DNA of 64,000 bases, taken from positions 10,044,001-10,108,000 of the forward strand of contig NC_087436.1 of assembly GCF_036321535.1 (NCBI RefSeq), read 5' to 3'. The position numbers and the translations under genes are program-made. This document shows positions 25,089 to 38,823 of the stretch, piece by piece (position 1 is the stretch's first letter; the number at the start of each line of letters is the position of its first letter). A model generated the notes under the pieces. It ran no database searches. It saw only the letters and a program-made list of their open reading frames with translations, and was not told the origin of the DNA. The stretch comes from Camelus dromedarius. Lineage: Eukaryota.

Positions 25089-25329
25089 TTTTTTTTTTAG
25101 ATTTTTAGATGATCTATTTATTTAAATCCCAAATTATTCTAAAAAAACTAGATTGAGATAATTAAAAAGCAATAAAACAGATCATGAATATGAAAACAGA
25201 GAATATTCTTCTGAGTGTAAATAAATTCACATTTGCAATTTAAAAGACCTGGAATCATACTACAGAATTGTCTTGAAAACTTTTTCATTTATAAATCTGA
25301 ACATTTTGGGGTAACATTAAATATAATGT

Positions 25330-26595
25330 TCCAAAAATATCTTTAATGGCTACACATACTACTTTGTATGACTGACCTGCATTTTATTTAACTAATCTCA
25401 TATCGTTAGACACTTAGGTTATTTTATTCCTTCTTTTCTTTTTTTATTTTTTTAAATATGATGCAATGGTTACGTTACTTATCTATGAATCTGTCTGAAC
25501 ATCTCTCATTGATTTCTTCAGATACGTTTCTATAAGTTACCATTTTAGATGCTCTTTATTCATTTCAACTGATTCATATTTCCGTCTGATGTGATTTTCT
25601 TTCTGCCTGAAAGAGTTCCTCTAACATTTCTTGTAAAGAAACTCTGCTGGTGATTAATCATTTCAACCTTTGTGTGCCTGAAAATATTTTTATTTCTCTT
25701 TCATTTTTGAAAGATATTTTGACTGAGTATGGTATTCCAGATTGACAGGTTTTTTTTTTTTCCTTTCAATTCTTTAGAAATGTTGCTCCATTGTCTTCTT
25801 GATAGCATCATTTCTGATGAGAAATTGGCTGTTATCCCTATCTTTGTTTTTCTGTACATAGCATGTTATTTTTATCTGGCTGCTTATAAGATTTTTCTTG
25901 AAGTTATTTTTGAACAATTTGAAGTGAGTCTTGATGAAGTTTTCTTCATGTTTGGGTTTTGCTTTTATCATTTAGTAGGCATAATCAGAGCAGCATTTAA
26001 TCTAGGAATATTTACTCCCCACTACTGAGGCGAGACCTTCCTGAATAATCTTCTCAATGCTCCATGAATTGTAAAGGCTTCAAGCTGACTAGTGTCACTG
26101 TTCCCATCTCTATGTGAGTGATGAGTGTTGGTCCTCCCACCCTCTGATGGTTTTTTGCTCAACAATGAGTAGCTTCCTCACATGCATTCACTAATCAGTA
26201 CCAAGCTAAATACTCAACTAGGGGGGATCTGCACAGATCTATAATTCACTCTGTGTGCAGCTCTCTCCTCTATTACACTGTGTCCTGTAAACTCTAGCCT
26301 CTTTGGTGTCACTGGGTTCTTAACTCTGCTTCCTCACCTCAGAGAGTCTCCCACAAGCCACCTGGCTTCACTCTCACTGAAATTCATCCTGGACCTCTCA
26401 AGACAGCAAGCTGACACAATTATTGAGCTCACTTCATTTTGTTTTCTATCTCTTTGTGTCACTATCCTTATTTGACTGACGTCCACTCTCATGAAAGCCA
26501 TCACTTTATATAATTTGTACAATATTTTTAGTCATTTCAGGTGGCAGGGTAAATCCAGTCACAGTTATTCCATTATGGCCAGAAGCTGAAGTCTC
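25330..26595 (-). mobile_element. Old L1M fragments (3', ORF1 and 5' parts)
   Basis: Antisense ORF1-type tttctgatgagaaattggctgtt; L1MC-type 5' end cagggtaaatccagtc...tggccagaagctgaagtc. Confidence 0.7.
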
Positions 26596-29467
26596 TGATA
26601 GGTTTTTAAAAACTATGATTTTGTCACTTACCTTGTGTTTTCCTTTGTTACAGTGGGAGTGACTGTGCCTTGTGACACTTCATCTTAATTGACAGAATTA
26701 GGGCATCTTTGTTTTTCTTTATTATTTTATATCCTACATTCCCATTAATTCAACTTTTACCCCCTTCTTTTCTTTACTCTTTCTCATTCACCTCGCGATA
26801 AGATGCAAAAGAAGTGGAAATATCACTGATATTTTAAAGTTGATAGTAGCAAATGACATTATGTGAGCAGTTAACCATCAACACTAAATTATGAAATTGA
26901 GCATGGATGGATATTTTAACATTGCAGTCCAATAAAAAAATTTATAAAATTTAGCAAGGGAATATCACACACACACACATGCAAACATGCATCATATTGT
27001 TATGATACACAGTAATAACCCTGAAATGAAAAGGCACTCAGGTAACAAATTACTTATTACTTTTACTTGGTAGTATTTTTCCAGTTTATTTTATTTTTCT
27101 TTAATATTTTGTAATAATGTTACTGTGGACAATTTCCTCTAATACCACAGTCAATTTCCCATTACAGGTACTGTGTATACATACTTGATCCTTGTCCCAA
27201 CACCAGAGTTTTCTGCAGTCACTCTTTTGCACTGTGGTCTGAAGCACTCCCTTCCCTGTTATGTATGAGCCAGCTTTGATCATCTTCAACTGTGTGTTAA
27301 ACAAATCAAATAAGTAGCCTATTTAACAGAACACACACCTTGGAAAATACTCTCTGTCTGTTTTTATTACATTACTAATAAACATTTATGTTCTATATTT
27401 TAAATAGAGGAAGTTGTTTATTTAAAATATATTTAAATAAATAAGTATATATTTCTACATTTAAATAAATAGTAAATATCCAACATTTATCTTCAAAAAA
27501 TCTCATGAACATTAGTAACAATTTTTTACATGCAGCTGGACCCTTGGTTAACTAATTCTATGGATTTTAGTCCTTGAAAGGAAAACACCTATTTTTTATT
27601 CTGTGTAATAAAGTAATCCTCTTTCAGATCACATTATGTAGAGAAAAAAATGACTTATTTTTAACTTGACACTGCCATGGTGCATTTTTCTCCTTCAGTT
27701 ATAGATACTGATTTGGAGGGATCATTATCTTGAGTAAGCTCTCTGATATTATATTTTTGCAGGCGAGTTTCAATTGTGTAATTTTATTTGCTCTCTCTGT
27801 GTATCTGGTCATTTATGTCATTTTCATTGTTACATTATTTTCATTGACAAGGACAATAGGGCATTCCGTACCACTTGCTAAATGCTAAAGTATGCATAAA
27901 TCATCATCTTCTAACACATACATTGAAGCTTCAAGGTACGCTTACACGTTTTATGAAATCTTACATTTGCTTGTGCAACACCCTTCCCCCATCATAAAAC
28001 AGAGCTGCAATACCATGAAAATAACTTAGATCTAAGTTGGAAAATGGCCCTGCTGGGGCACACTTGATTGCTCTCAACTGGGCACAGTGAGGAGCAATGC
28101 AGTAGCTGGGAACAGAGGGGAGTTTCATAGACTCAAGGTACGTTTCCTCACAGCCAGTCAAATCTGAATCTACTGACAGAAACCCTTCCAGTTAGTTTTC
28201 CAGTTATATGCTTCTTACTAATCAGGTCTGGAGTCAAGAGGATCTCATTCTTACCATCAGCAGGGAGCTGGAGAACCAGTACTGAAGAAGGAAGAAAAAG
28301 ATCAATTTGTAATGCCCTGAAAAGAGGAGTCTCACTGTGAAATTTCCTCCAACTTAAGGCATAGTCTGCAGATGACGCTGAAGGAGAAAAGCACCTGGGC
28401 TGAGAGGGGGTGGTAACTGTCAGTGTGTGGGCCTTCTTTCTTGGAAAAAAAATTTATATGCATATATTATATAAATAATATACTATATAAATTAATTTTT
28501 ATATTATGTATCATTATATAAATTATTTTAAAAGAAATAATTTCTCTTTGAAAAATGTTAATTCTATTTTGTAGCAACCAAAACACTAGATTTGGTAATT
28601 ATTGTGATTGACATTTGAGGTAATTCTAAAATACACTTTTAGGATTCTAGCTAAGTGTTTTACCTAAGCTTCAAGATTTATTATTTTCAACTCTAACAAG
28701 CTGATAGTTATTCATAATTAATGATTAGTTTCTAAATCTGAGAGCAATGCTTTTTTGACAGTATTTCACCACTTACAATTGCCTTCCTCAGAAACTTTAG
28801 GAAATAATTATTTTAAAAATGTATGTTCCTAGGTCCCAGTCCACAACCTGGGGACTAGGGAGGGGGTGGGGGATGGGAATGGAGGAGGACAAAGAAATTT
28901 ATATTTTAAGAAAGTAGCACAAGCTCAATCATCAGCTTTGGATATATTAATTAATTGAGATTTGTTTCTCCAACCTACCCTTAATTAACTGGACTGACTT
29001 CATCATTCTTTAAATTGACTTATCTCACCCATTTCTTCCTTCCAGAAACCATCTACCATCAGCCTGAGAATCTCTCTGTAACTTTCATCAAACTCCCTCC
29101 TGTTGGCTAATATAATAGACTTACATAAAGATTATCCCAAAAGGCTAGGCATATACGTTTTTTCCCATTAAATACACAGCTTAATTTTCAGTAACACAGA
29201 TTTTCATTTAAAAAATAAATTAAATTGGTTCTGTCAAGCATAAATCACTGTCAGGAGCAAAGAATGATTTTTAAAAGTTAACTTGATGAATTTTCATTAC
29301 CCTGATTTGAAAGCCTCTTTCAACTTAATAAGTTTCTTTTTAACAAACCTTTCAAGGATGAGCTCTGCCTTCATCTCCATCACAAGCAAGAGTGTCTCTA
29401 GGCAACCTGCTCAAGCTGTGTGGCTCACTTTGTTCACTGTCATAATGGGGTCAAAAGAATCTGACAT

Positions 29468-29864
29468 TGTAGTAGGTGTTGTGATACACCTCCCCCCAGA
29501 TGCCCCCTCTTCAGGTCCAAGACACTCATTCCCCAACCACGGGGCTGTTGACTGCTGAGTCAGGACTTGTCCTTGCCTTACCCAGTTTGACACCCTCTCC
29601 AAAGAACAGCCCTTACTCCCTGTTGGGGAAAGTGGGGTCAAAGTCCCCACTCCCTTGCCTCTTTGCCTTTAGACAAAATCTAAAGATCATCACTGTCCAT
29701 GGGATTTATTGAAACATTTATAGGGACTGCATTGCCATTCAATTTCTGTATCCTTGGCCCCACCCTCTGTGATCATTCACACATAGGTATTATTTCTGAG
29801 AGCACTTCCCAATAAATCTACAAACAAATCATCATCTGTTTCCTGGGAAACCTGACCTAAGACA
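29468..29864 (+). mobile_element. ERVL LTR, LTR16-like
   Basis: tgtagtaggtgttgtg...gagcacttcccaataaat...tgtttcctgggaaacctgacctaagaca. Confidence 0.8.
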
Positions 29865-30526
29865 GATAGCTTCAGTATCTGTTCAGAATAGCAAAGTCTT
29901 TGGATGGTTGTTGAATTTTAAACATTAAAATGTCATATTTATAACTAAAAATGTATCAAAGACTTAAACTTACATCTGAAGCTCTAAAACTTTAAGAAGA
30001 TCTCTCGATCATGAGGAAGACAAATATTTCTTAGATACAAAACCAAAAGTTCAATCCATAAAAGAACAAATTAATAAATACAGCTTTATCAGATTTTAAA
30101 ACTTCTGCTTTTCAAAAGTCACTGTTAAGAAAATAAAACAACTAGCATTCTACTGGAAAATAATCGTTTGCAAAGTGTATATCTGAGTTTATGTATCTAG
30201 AGTTCAGAAACAAGTTGGAAACCCAATAATAAGAAAATAAAGAACCTGATTTAAAATGGACTGAAGATTTGGACAGACATTTTCACCAAATAAGACATAC
30301 AGAGGGTAAATAAGCACATAAAAATGTTAAACATAATTTAGGGAAATTAACTAGCAAAAGGAACATTAAAATTTTAGTGAGTTACCACTGAAGACTTGTT
30401 AAAATGGTTTAACTTAAAAACGCTGACAATACCAAATGTTGGTGAGAATGTGGAAGAACTAGAGCTCTCATACTCTACTGGGGGGAATGTAAAATGGTAC
30501 AAACATTTTGGAAAACAGGTTGGCAG

Positions 30527-32530
30527 CAATATTAATTCTTCCAATCCAAGAACATGCGATATCTTTCCATTTCTTTGTGTTATTTTCAAATCCCTTCCTC
30601 AATGTTTTATAGTTTTCAGAGTTCAGGTCTTTCATCTTTATAGTTAAGTTTATTCCTGGGTATTTTATTCTTTTTGATACACTTATAAATGAGATTGTTT
30701 CCTTAATTTCTCTTTCAGATAGTTCATTATTACTATATAGGAAAACATCAGACTTTTGTATAATTATCTTACATCCCACAGATGGAAGAATTAATGATGT
30801 TAAAATGGCCACAGTACTCAAAGCAAAGTGCAGACTTAATGCAATCTCTATCAAAATAACCATGACATTTTGCATAGAACTAGAAAAAATAATTCTAAAA
30901 TTTATAAGGAGCCATAAAAGACCCTGAATTGCTAAGGCAATCTTGGGGGGGGAAAAAGCCAACAGTCTCATGTGCCCTGACTTTAGATTATACTACAAAA
31001 CTACAGTAATCAAAACAGGATGGTACTGGCATAAAACAGATACATAGATCAATGGAACAGAATAGAGAGCCTAGAAATAAACCCATGCCCTTATGATCAA
31101 TTAATTTACAACAAAGGAGACAGGAATATGCAATGGAGAAAAGACAGTCTCTTCAATAAGTAGTGCTGCGAAAACTGGACAGCTACATGTAAAAGACTGC
31201 AATTAGAACATTCTCTAACACCATGTACAAAAATAAACTCAAAATAGATTAAACATATAGATGTAAGACATGAAACCATAGAACTCCTAAAAGAGAACAT
31301 AGGCAGAACTCTTATTGATAAAAATCATAGCAATATTTTTGGGGGTCTGAACCTAAGGCAAAAGAAATAAGAGCAAAAATAAATAAACAGGACATAATTA
31401 AACTTGAAAACTTTTGCACAGCAAAAGAAATCATTGACAGAACAAAGACAAACTACTGCATGGAAGAAAATACTTGCAAATGATTCAACCAACAAGAGGT
31501 TAATAGCCAAAGTATGCGAACAGCTCATACAACTCAATATTAAAAAGTAAAGAAACAAATTATGATTCAGAACAGAAGACTTGAATAGACATTTTTCCGA
31601 ACAGTGTATACAGATAGCAAATAGACAAGTGAAAAGATGCTCAACATTGCTAATCGTCAGAGGAATGCAAATCAAAACCACAATAAGGTATCACCTCACA
31701 CTTGTCAAAACGGCTATCGTCAAAAATTCTACAAATAACAAATGGTAGCAAGGAGGTGAAGAAAATGGAAACTTAGTACACTGTTGGAGGGATTGTAGAC
31801 TGATGTAGCCACTATGGAAAACAGTATGAAGTTTCCTCAAAAAGACTAAAAATAGATCTACCATATTATCAGGCAATTATCTCCTGGGTATACATCAGAA
31901 GAAAGCGAAAATACATGAAAAGATACATGCACCCCACTGTTCATAGTAGCATTATTTACAATAGCCAACACATGGAAATAACCTAAGTGTCCATCAATAG
32001 ATAAATGGATAAATAAGATGTGGTATATATGCAATGGAATACTCCTCAGCTATAAAAAAATAAAATAAAATTCTGCCCTTTGCAACAACATGGATGGACC
32101 TAGTGAGTATTATGCTAAGTGAAATAAGTCAGACAGAGAAAGACAAATAGTGTGTGATATCACCCATATGTGGACTCTAAAAAAGAAAAGAAATGAAAGG
32201 GTATAGCAAAACAGAAACAGACTCACAGGTATGGAGAACAAACTAGTGGTTATTAGCTAGTAAGTAGTTAGGTACTAGATAGGGAGATGGAAGGGGAGAG
32301 AGGTGAGTTAGAAGTAGGGGACTGAGAGAACAAACTACTGTGTTTAAAATAAATAAAAAAGGATATATTGTACAGTACAGGGAAATAGAGCCATTATTTT
32401 GTAGTAACTTTAAATGGAGTATAATCTATAAAAATGTTGAACCACTATGTTGTACACCTGAAAGTAATATAATATTGTAAATCAATTATACTTTAACAAA
32501 AGATAAATAAAATAAAGACAATAAAAAAAC
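30527..32530 (+). mobile_element. L1 with 5' inversion (30527-30780 inverted)
   Basis: Minus-strand ORF2 peptide [24 protein letters not shown]...IACSWIGRINI, then plus-strand ORF2 continuing from ggaagaattaat to 3'UTR and polyA. Confidence 0.9.
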
Positions 32531-32994
32531 CTGTCAGCTTCTTAAAAAGTTAAACATACGTCTACTATATAATTTAGCCAATTTCACTTTATGTGTCTAT
32601 TTCAGAGAAAAGGAAAATGTATCTCTACAAATACTTGTACATATACATTCATAGTATTTTTATCTCTAACAGTCAAAAGCTTGAAACAACCCAAATATCC
32701 ATCAACAGGTAAATGGTTAAACAAAGTGTGGTATATCCATAAAACAGGACACTATTTAGCAATAAAGGAATTCTTTATTGATACATTGAATATCAAAATA
32801 ATTATGCTAAGTGCAAGAAGGAAGACAAAAATATATTTACTGCTTGATTTCACTTACATAAACGTCTAAAAGTAAAAACAAATTAATAGAAATCTGACAC
32901 AGATTTTTGATTGACTATTGGAAGGCAGGTGGGAGAGAAGAATTACAAAGGGACACAAAGAATTGTTTTGAGCTAGTGGATGTGTTTATTCTTT

Positions 32995-33335
32995 CTGCTT
33001 GTTTTTCATCTTTACTGGCATAATGGACTAATAAAAACTGTATATATTTAAGATACACCTCTTAATGTTTTGAGATACATATATATTATGAAATAATCAC
33101 TACAATCAAGATAATTAAGATATCCATCACCTCACAAAGTTACCATTTTCTTTCAAATTATCTTGTGGTGAGAACACTTAAGATCTATCTTCCTAGCAAT
33201 TCCAAGTGCACCATATAGTATTTTTAACTATAGGCACATTGCTATACATTAGATATCCAGAACCTATTCACCTTATAACTGAAATTTTGTATCCTTTAAC
33301 CAACATCTCCCATATTTCTCTCCTACCATATGCTC
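32995..33335 (-). mobile_element. L1MA-type 3' end
   Basis: gtggtgagaacacttaagatcta...ataactgaaattttgtatcctttaaccaacatctccca; flanks tgtttattcttt / tgttcattcttt. Confidence 0.8.
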
Positions 33336-33977
33336 ATATGTTCATTCTTTTCATTGCAGTGATGGTTTCATGAGTATAGACATATGTCAAAACTTATCAA
33401 ATTGTTTACTTTAAACTCATGCAGCTTATTATATGTCAATTTTGCCACGTCAAAGCCAGTTTTCTTTTAAAGGCCATATTTAGTCTTGCTCTCTGCTTCC
33501 TGAGATGCTCAGGGAGTGCTGAGAAACCATGAGGGGAAATCTTGCATCTCTGTGCTGAATACTGTAATGCTGGAAGAGGCTGGGGGATGCTGTCTCAAGG
33601 AGATAGATTCACAAAATAGTAGAATAATATACAATGAAAAATTGTGGTAGGCAAAAAATAAATTTAATAGCTACTGCATGAAGCATGATGAAAATTCTTA
33701 AGCCTGGAAAAATATTGGCAGATAAAATTAACTACAGAAGAAAAAAAAAAAAACACTCTTGCAAACGATGATCCAAATCCTTAGATAAAGGATTATCAAA
33801 ACTAGTGACACATTTAAACTGACTATAACTCAATTAAAAAAACAAAACTAATGACACATTAATTCAGAGTATCTTATGCTGTACAAATAGACTACCTAAG
33901 TTTTCTGTCTGAAAATATTGGGAGCAATATAAGATAGATAGAATCTGTATTCCTTTTCTCAGAACAGGACAGTTTAA

Positions 33978-34146
33978 GGGGGGAGGTTATAACTCAAGTG
34001 GTAGAGCACATGCTTAGCATGCATGAGGTCCTGGGTTCAATCCCCAGTACCCCTTCTAAAAATAAATAAATAAATAAACCTAATTATCCCCCCCAAAAAA
34101 TAAATAAAATTAGAAAAAAGTTAAAACTACTTTATTTAAAAAAAAA
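33978..34146 (+). mobile_element. tRNA-Ala-derived SINE (vic-1-like)
   Basis: A/B boxes; TSD agaacaggacagtt / agaacatgacagtt; A-rich tail. Confidence 0.93.
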
Positions 34147-34169
34147 AGAACATGACAGTTAACTAGAGT

Positions 34170-34370
34170 AAGTGAAGATAGTAGACTTGACTTCAAAGCT
34201 TAATTCTGACCCTTTTTAGCTGCATGAACAAGAGCCAATCAGCACTTCTCTAAGATTTCTAGTCTATTAAAAAAAATGCGATTAGTCACACCTAATTAGT
34301 AATATGTTGTCTTTATGTGTATTAAGGTCTTGTTTCACAGAAGGCACAAAACAAACACTGTTGAACTAAT
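34170..34370 (+). mobile_element. MIR (degraded)
   Basis: tagctgcatgaac...cttctctaagatttct..tctattaaaa. Confidence 0.45.
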
Positions 34371-34414
34371 CCTACTGAAACTTTTTACCTTGGAAAATCA
34401 ATATGTGGTATTAT

Positions 34415-34605
34415 TTTTTCTAAATTGAAATATAGTTGGTTTACAATGTTGTGTTTCAGGTATAGAGCAAAGTGATTCAGTTACACATATACATATATAT
34501 ATTCTTTTTCAGATTCTTTCCAATTACAGGTTATTATAAGATATCGAATACATTTCCTTGTGCTATACAGTAAGCCTTTGTTATTTGCCTATTTTGTATA
34601 TAGAA
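34415..34605 (-). mobile_element. L1 3' end
   Basis: aattgaaatatagttggtttacaatgttgtg...tgtgctatacagta. Confidence 0.85.
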
Positions 34606-34960
34606 AATGTAGTATGTGCATACAATAGAAGATTATTCAGTCTTAAAAAAAGAAGGAAATACTGCAATATGTGAAACATGGATGAACCTTGAGGACACTA
34701 TGCTAAGTTAAATAAGCCAGTTACAGAAGGACAAACACTGGGTGATTGCAGTTGTATGAGATATCTAAAATAGTCAAATTTAAAGGAATAGAGAAGAGTG
34801 TGGTGATTTCCAGGGGCTGCAGAGAGGGGAGTTTCTAAAAACGTGTATAAAATTTCAGTGTTAGGGTACAGCACTGTGCCTTTAGTTAACAGTACTGTGC
34901 TGTACACGTGGCAGTCTTTTAAGACAGGAAATCTCATGTTCACTCTTCCTACCAAAGCAA
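34606..34960 (+). mobile_element. Older L1MA/MB 3' end
   Basis: catggatgaaccttgaggacactatgctaagttaaataagccag. Confidence 0.8.
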
Positions 34961-34974
34961 AGAATTTGAATTTT

Positions 34975-35200
34975 AATCTCTGATGGGACTGAGGGTTTTA
35001 AGCAGAGGAGCAACAAGATCTGATTTAGACTTTTGAAGGTCACAGTAGCTGCAGTGTAGAATGGACTTCATAGAGGACGAAAGTAGGGGAAGGGTGGGCA
35101 GTTGGGATACACTTACAGAATTCCTAATGAGATGTGATGGAGATGCCATGGACTTGGGTATTATCATTGGAGACAATATGAAGCAGATGCATCTATGTGT
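34975..35200 (-). mobile_element. LINE-2 fragment
   Basis: gagggttttaagcagagg...atctgatttag...gctgcagtgtagaatggac. Confidence 0.65.
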
Positions 35201-35598
35201 CTCCTAAAAGATGACAAGAAATATTTAGGCAAATGGTGGTAAAGTAGCATCTTTTTCTACAAGGAAGAGGTTGTTTTAAATTTGTATTTTATTCAAGTAG
35301 CAATTTTATTTTTAAGTGTCCACTGCTTCCTCATGTACTAGAGGATATAAGCCATGTACAATTTGGTTCCTAAGTAACCAACTCTAGACCTAATTTACAT
35401 GTGTGCATACACACACACAAATACATCTCTCAAAATTATCTCTTTTTCCATAGTTCAAGGTACAGAAATTAGAAAATTAAATAAATGGACTGGAAATCTT
35501 AAGTAGACTGTAATGTGGTCTTGGGATCTTTATTCTCACTAAAGTTTAATATAGAGAAAAGATTTGGGTATAAGTAAGTAATTCACTAAGTTGAAATG

Positions 35599-37328
35599 TG
35601 CTCATGGATTGGGGGAGAATTAAAATTGTCAGAATGTTCATATCACCTAAAGCAATCTATTGATTCAATGCAATCCCTATCAAAATCCCAAGGACATTTT
35701 TCACAGAAATAAAACAAAAAAATTCTAAAATTTATATGGAACCACAGAAATACCTTGAATAGCTAAAGCAATCCTGAGGAACAAAAGGCCAAAACTGAAG
35801 GCAACACATTCCCTGATTTCAAACTGTAATACAAAGCCATAATGATCAAAGCAGCATGGTATTGGCAGAAAAAGATATTTAGATCAATGGAACAGAATTG
35901 AGTTCTCAGAAATAAACCCACACACTAATGGACAAGTAATTTATGACAAAAGAGCAAAGAATATACAATGGGGAAAAGACAGTCTCTTCAATAAATGGTG
36001 TTTAAAAACTGGACAGCTACATGCAAAGAAAAAAAATAAACTAGACCACTATCTCACATCATATACAAAAATTAACTCAAAATGGACTAAAGACTTGAAT
36101 ATAAGACCTAGAACTACAATACTCCAAGAAAAAAACATAGGCAATACACTCTTGGACATCCATCTTAGTGATGGCCGTCTAGATATGTCTCGCCTGGAAA
36201 GGGAAGTAAAAGCAAGAATAAATGAGATTGCATCAAACGGGAAAGCTTCTGCACAAGAAATGAAACCATCAATAAAATAAAAAGACAACCTACTGAATGG
36301 GAGAAGACATTTGCAAATGATACATCTAATAAGGGGTTACTATTCAAAATATATAAAGAACTCATAAAACTCAACAACATAAAAACAAACAACCCCAATT
36401 AAAAAATGGGTGGAGGAGCTAAATAGATATTTTTCCAAAGAAGACATACAGATGGCCAACAGGCACATGAAAAGGTGCTCAATATCACTAATTTAACTTT
36501 TAGAGAAATGCAAATCAAAACCACATTGACTTATCACCTCACCTGTCAGAATGGTTATTATCAAAAAAAAAAAAATAAGAAATAACAAATGATAGCAATG
36601 ATGTGGAGAAAAAGAACCCTCACAGACTGTTGCTAGGAGTGTGAATTGGCGCAGCCATTATTGAAGCAAGTATGAAGATTCCTCAAAAAATAGAATAGAA
36701 TTACCACATGATCCAGCTATTCCACTTCTGGGTATTTACCCCCAAAATATACACTAATCTGAAAAAAGATATATGTACCCGTGCATTCATTATGACATGA
36801 TTTCTGGTAGCCAAGATATGGAAACAACCTAAGTGCCCATCAACGGATGAATGAATAAAGAAGATGTGGTGTATATACATACAATGGAACACTACTCATA
36901 AAAAGGACAAAATCTTGCTATTTGCAACAACATGGATAGAACTTAGGGTACTCTGCTAAGTGAAATAAGCCAGATGGAGAAAGACAAATATCATATGATT
37001 TCACTCATACGTGGAATATAAGAAAACAAACAAATACAAAAAAAAAAGAGCAAACTAAACCAAACAAAAACAAACATATAGATACAGAGCACAGAGCAGA
37101 GGTTACAAAAGAGGGAGGAGTGGGAAGAAGGATGAAATGGATAAACTGGGGTCAACCGTATGGTGACTGGTGGAAAATTTTTGGACTGTGAGCACGTTGT
37201 AGAGTATCCAGAAATAGAAATATAATGTTGTACACATGAAACTTACATAATGTTATAAATCAATGTTACTTCAACTTAAAAAATTAATTCATTTTTTAAA
37301 AGTGAGATAAGTAAATAAAATTTTAAAA
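35599..37328 (+). mobile_element. 5'-truncated L1 (disrupted ORF2 3' part plus 3'UTR)
   Basis: Continuous similarity to L1 ORF2 (attcaatgcaatccctatcaaaatccca...) with frameshifts; A-rich tail. Confidence 0.92.
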
Positions 37329-37829
37329 TAGTTGGATGTCACTCTAGAGTTATCTTGGGCCAGTTGTTGCCATATACCTCCCTTTATCCTCCACAGATGT
37401 TTTACCACTAAATGTCGATGGTTTTGGTTGTGCCTGCTTATCTTGTCTTATAAAGTAGTATATTATTGATAAAACAATAAAATAAATTCTAAAGAGTTCC
37501 TTACCACCTCTCATGTCAAACTTCTGGTTAAAACACAGCCATTCTGTTTGGTTTCTATTATATATTATTATTATTATTATTAATTACCTGAAGCACATTT
37601 TCATGCCAGCAAATTTACTGGATATGGTTAGAAGGAATTCATGAGAGGACTGTTTGATGAATTTGGAAGTCTTTCCCCAAACACGACAAACTCTCCAAAA
37701 GAAGTTTGCTTTGGCAGAATCAGGCATCTTATTATAAAATAGAACGCAAAACAGCGTTTATCCAAATCAGGCCTACTTCAATAGTAACAGGGCATAAATG
37801 CGTTTTAGATCTCAGCACACTCACTTTCT

Positions 37830-38370
37830 CTGGACAGCTTTCCTTGCTGCCCACAAATGTGCTCACCCTCCTTATCATATGCTGCAATTTTCACGTCACA
37901 GCACTTGTCACACTTTATCGTAACAGCCTATTTCCTGTTTGTCCTCTCACTAGGTTGTAAGCTTCCTGGATTTGTCTCCTCCATCTCTGTTTAGCTAAAT
38001 ACTCACACAAGGTGAGTGTTCGCAGTGAAGGATTTAATAAGCAACAGGATGTACATAACAAAACTTCCACTTTGCATGCCGTGGGCAAGGGGAACGTTAA
38101 CGGTGTACAGTTTAAGTCTCTTCCTTGTATCACATATCTCAGTGATCTTTCCTTTTTTAACTCAATATCTGATGAGCAATTTTTATCTTTCCACTTAGTA
38201 TTTCTCATTACCTTTTTGTGGTCCAGACGCCTCAATAGATCATACGCTCCCTCAGAGCAGGAATCTTGTTTTGTCTTGGGTTTGTTTGTATCCCATAAAG
38301 TACCTATTTCTAATGCACATTATACACAATAGCTTCTCAATAAATATCAGGGGATTGCTAGGTTGAACGG
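37830..38370 (+). mobile_element. LINE-2 3' end fragments
   Basis: gtttgtcctctcactaggttgtaagcttcc; ctcaataaatat. Confidence 0.55.
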
Positions 38371-38586
38371 ATACTAGTCACGTAAAACCGAGTTAGAACA
38401 AAGTGCAGCCACAGATCAGGTATAGAAAGTAACAAGAAAGCAAACTGACAAGCTATCAGAGCTTTTGTCTAAAATTTCCCCTGAAAATAGAGAACTAAGG
38501 CCATTTTCTATGACATTCAGACCACTGAATTAGCTAGAAAATTTTGGCCTACATGAATTCAGATTTTTCTTTTATGTATCAATTTA

Positions 38587-38823
38587 TAGTTGACCCTTGA
38601 ACAGAGCAGGGTTGGGGTGCCTACCTTCCCTGTAGTCCAAAATCCTTGCATAACTTAGTTGTCCCTCCAGCCCTGTGTGTCCATGGTTCATCATATCCCT
38701 AGTTCCACATCATCAAATTCAGCCAACCACAGATGGTGGAGCACGGTCACATTTACTGTTGAGAAAAATCCACGTATAAGTGGACCCACGCAGTTCAAAC
38801 CCGTGTCGTTCAAGGGTCAACTG
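38587..38823. mobile_element. Tigger2/MER8-type MITE
   Basis: TIRs (t)agttgacccttgaac / gttcaagggtcaactg; TA on both flanks; 237 bp. Confidence 0.93.

Larger units (their letters stand above)
29940..33465 (+). mobile_element. Old L1M 3' region hosting two younger L1 insertions
   Basis: Host breaks at tttggaaaacaggttggcag (about 30526) and resumes cttcttaaaaagttaaacata (about 32538); breaks again near 32995 and resumes near 33340. Confidence 0.75.
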
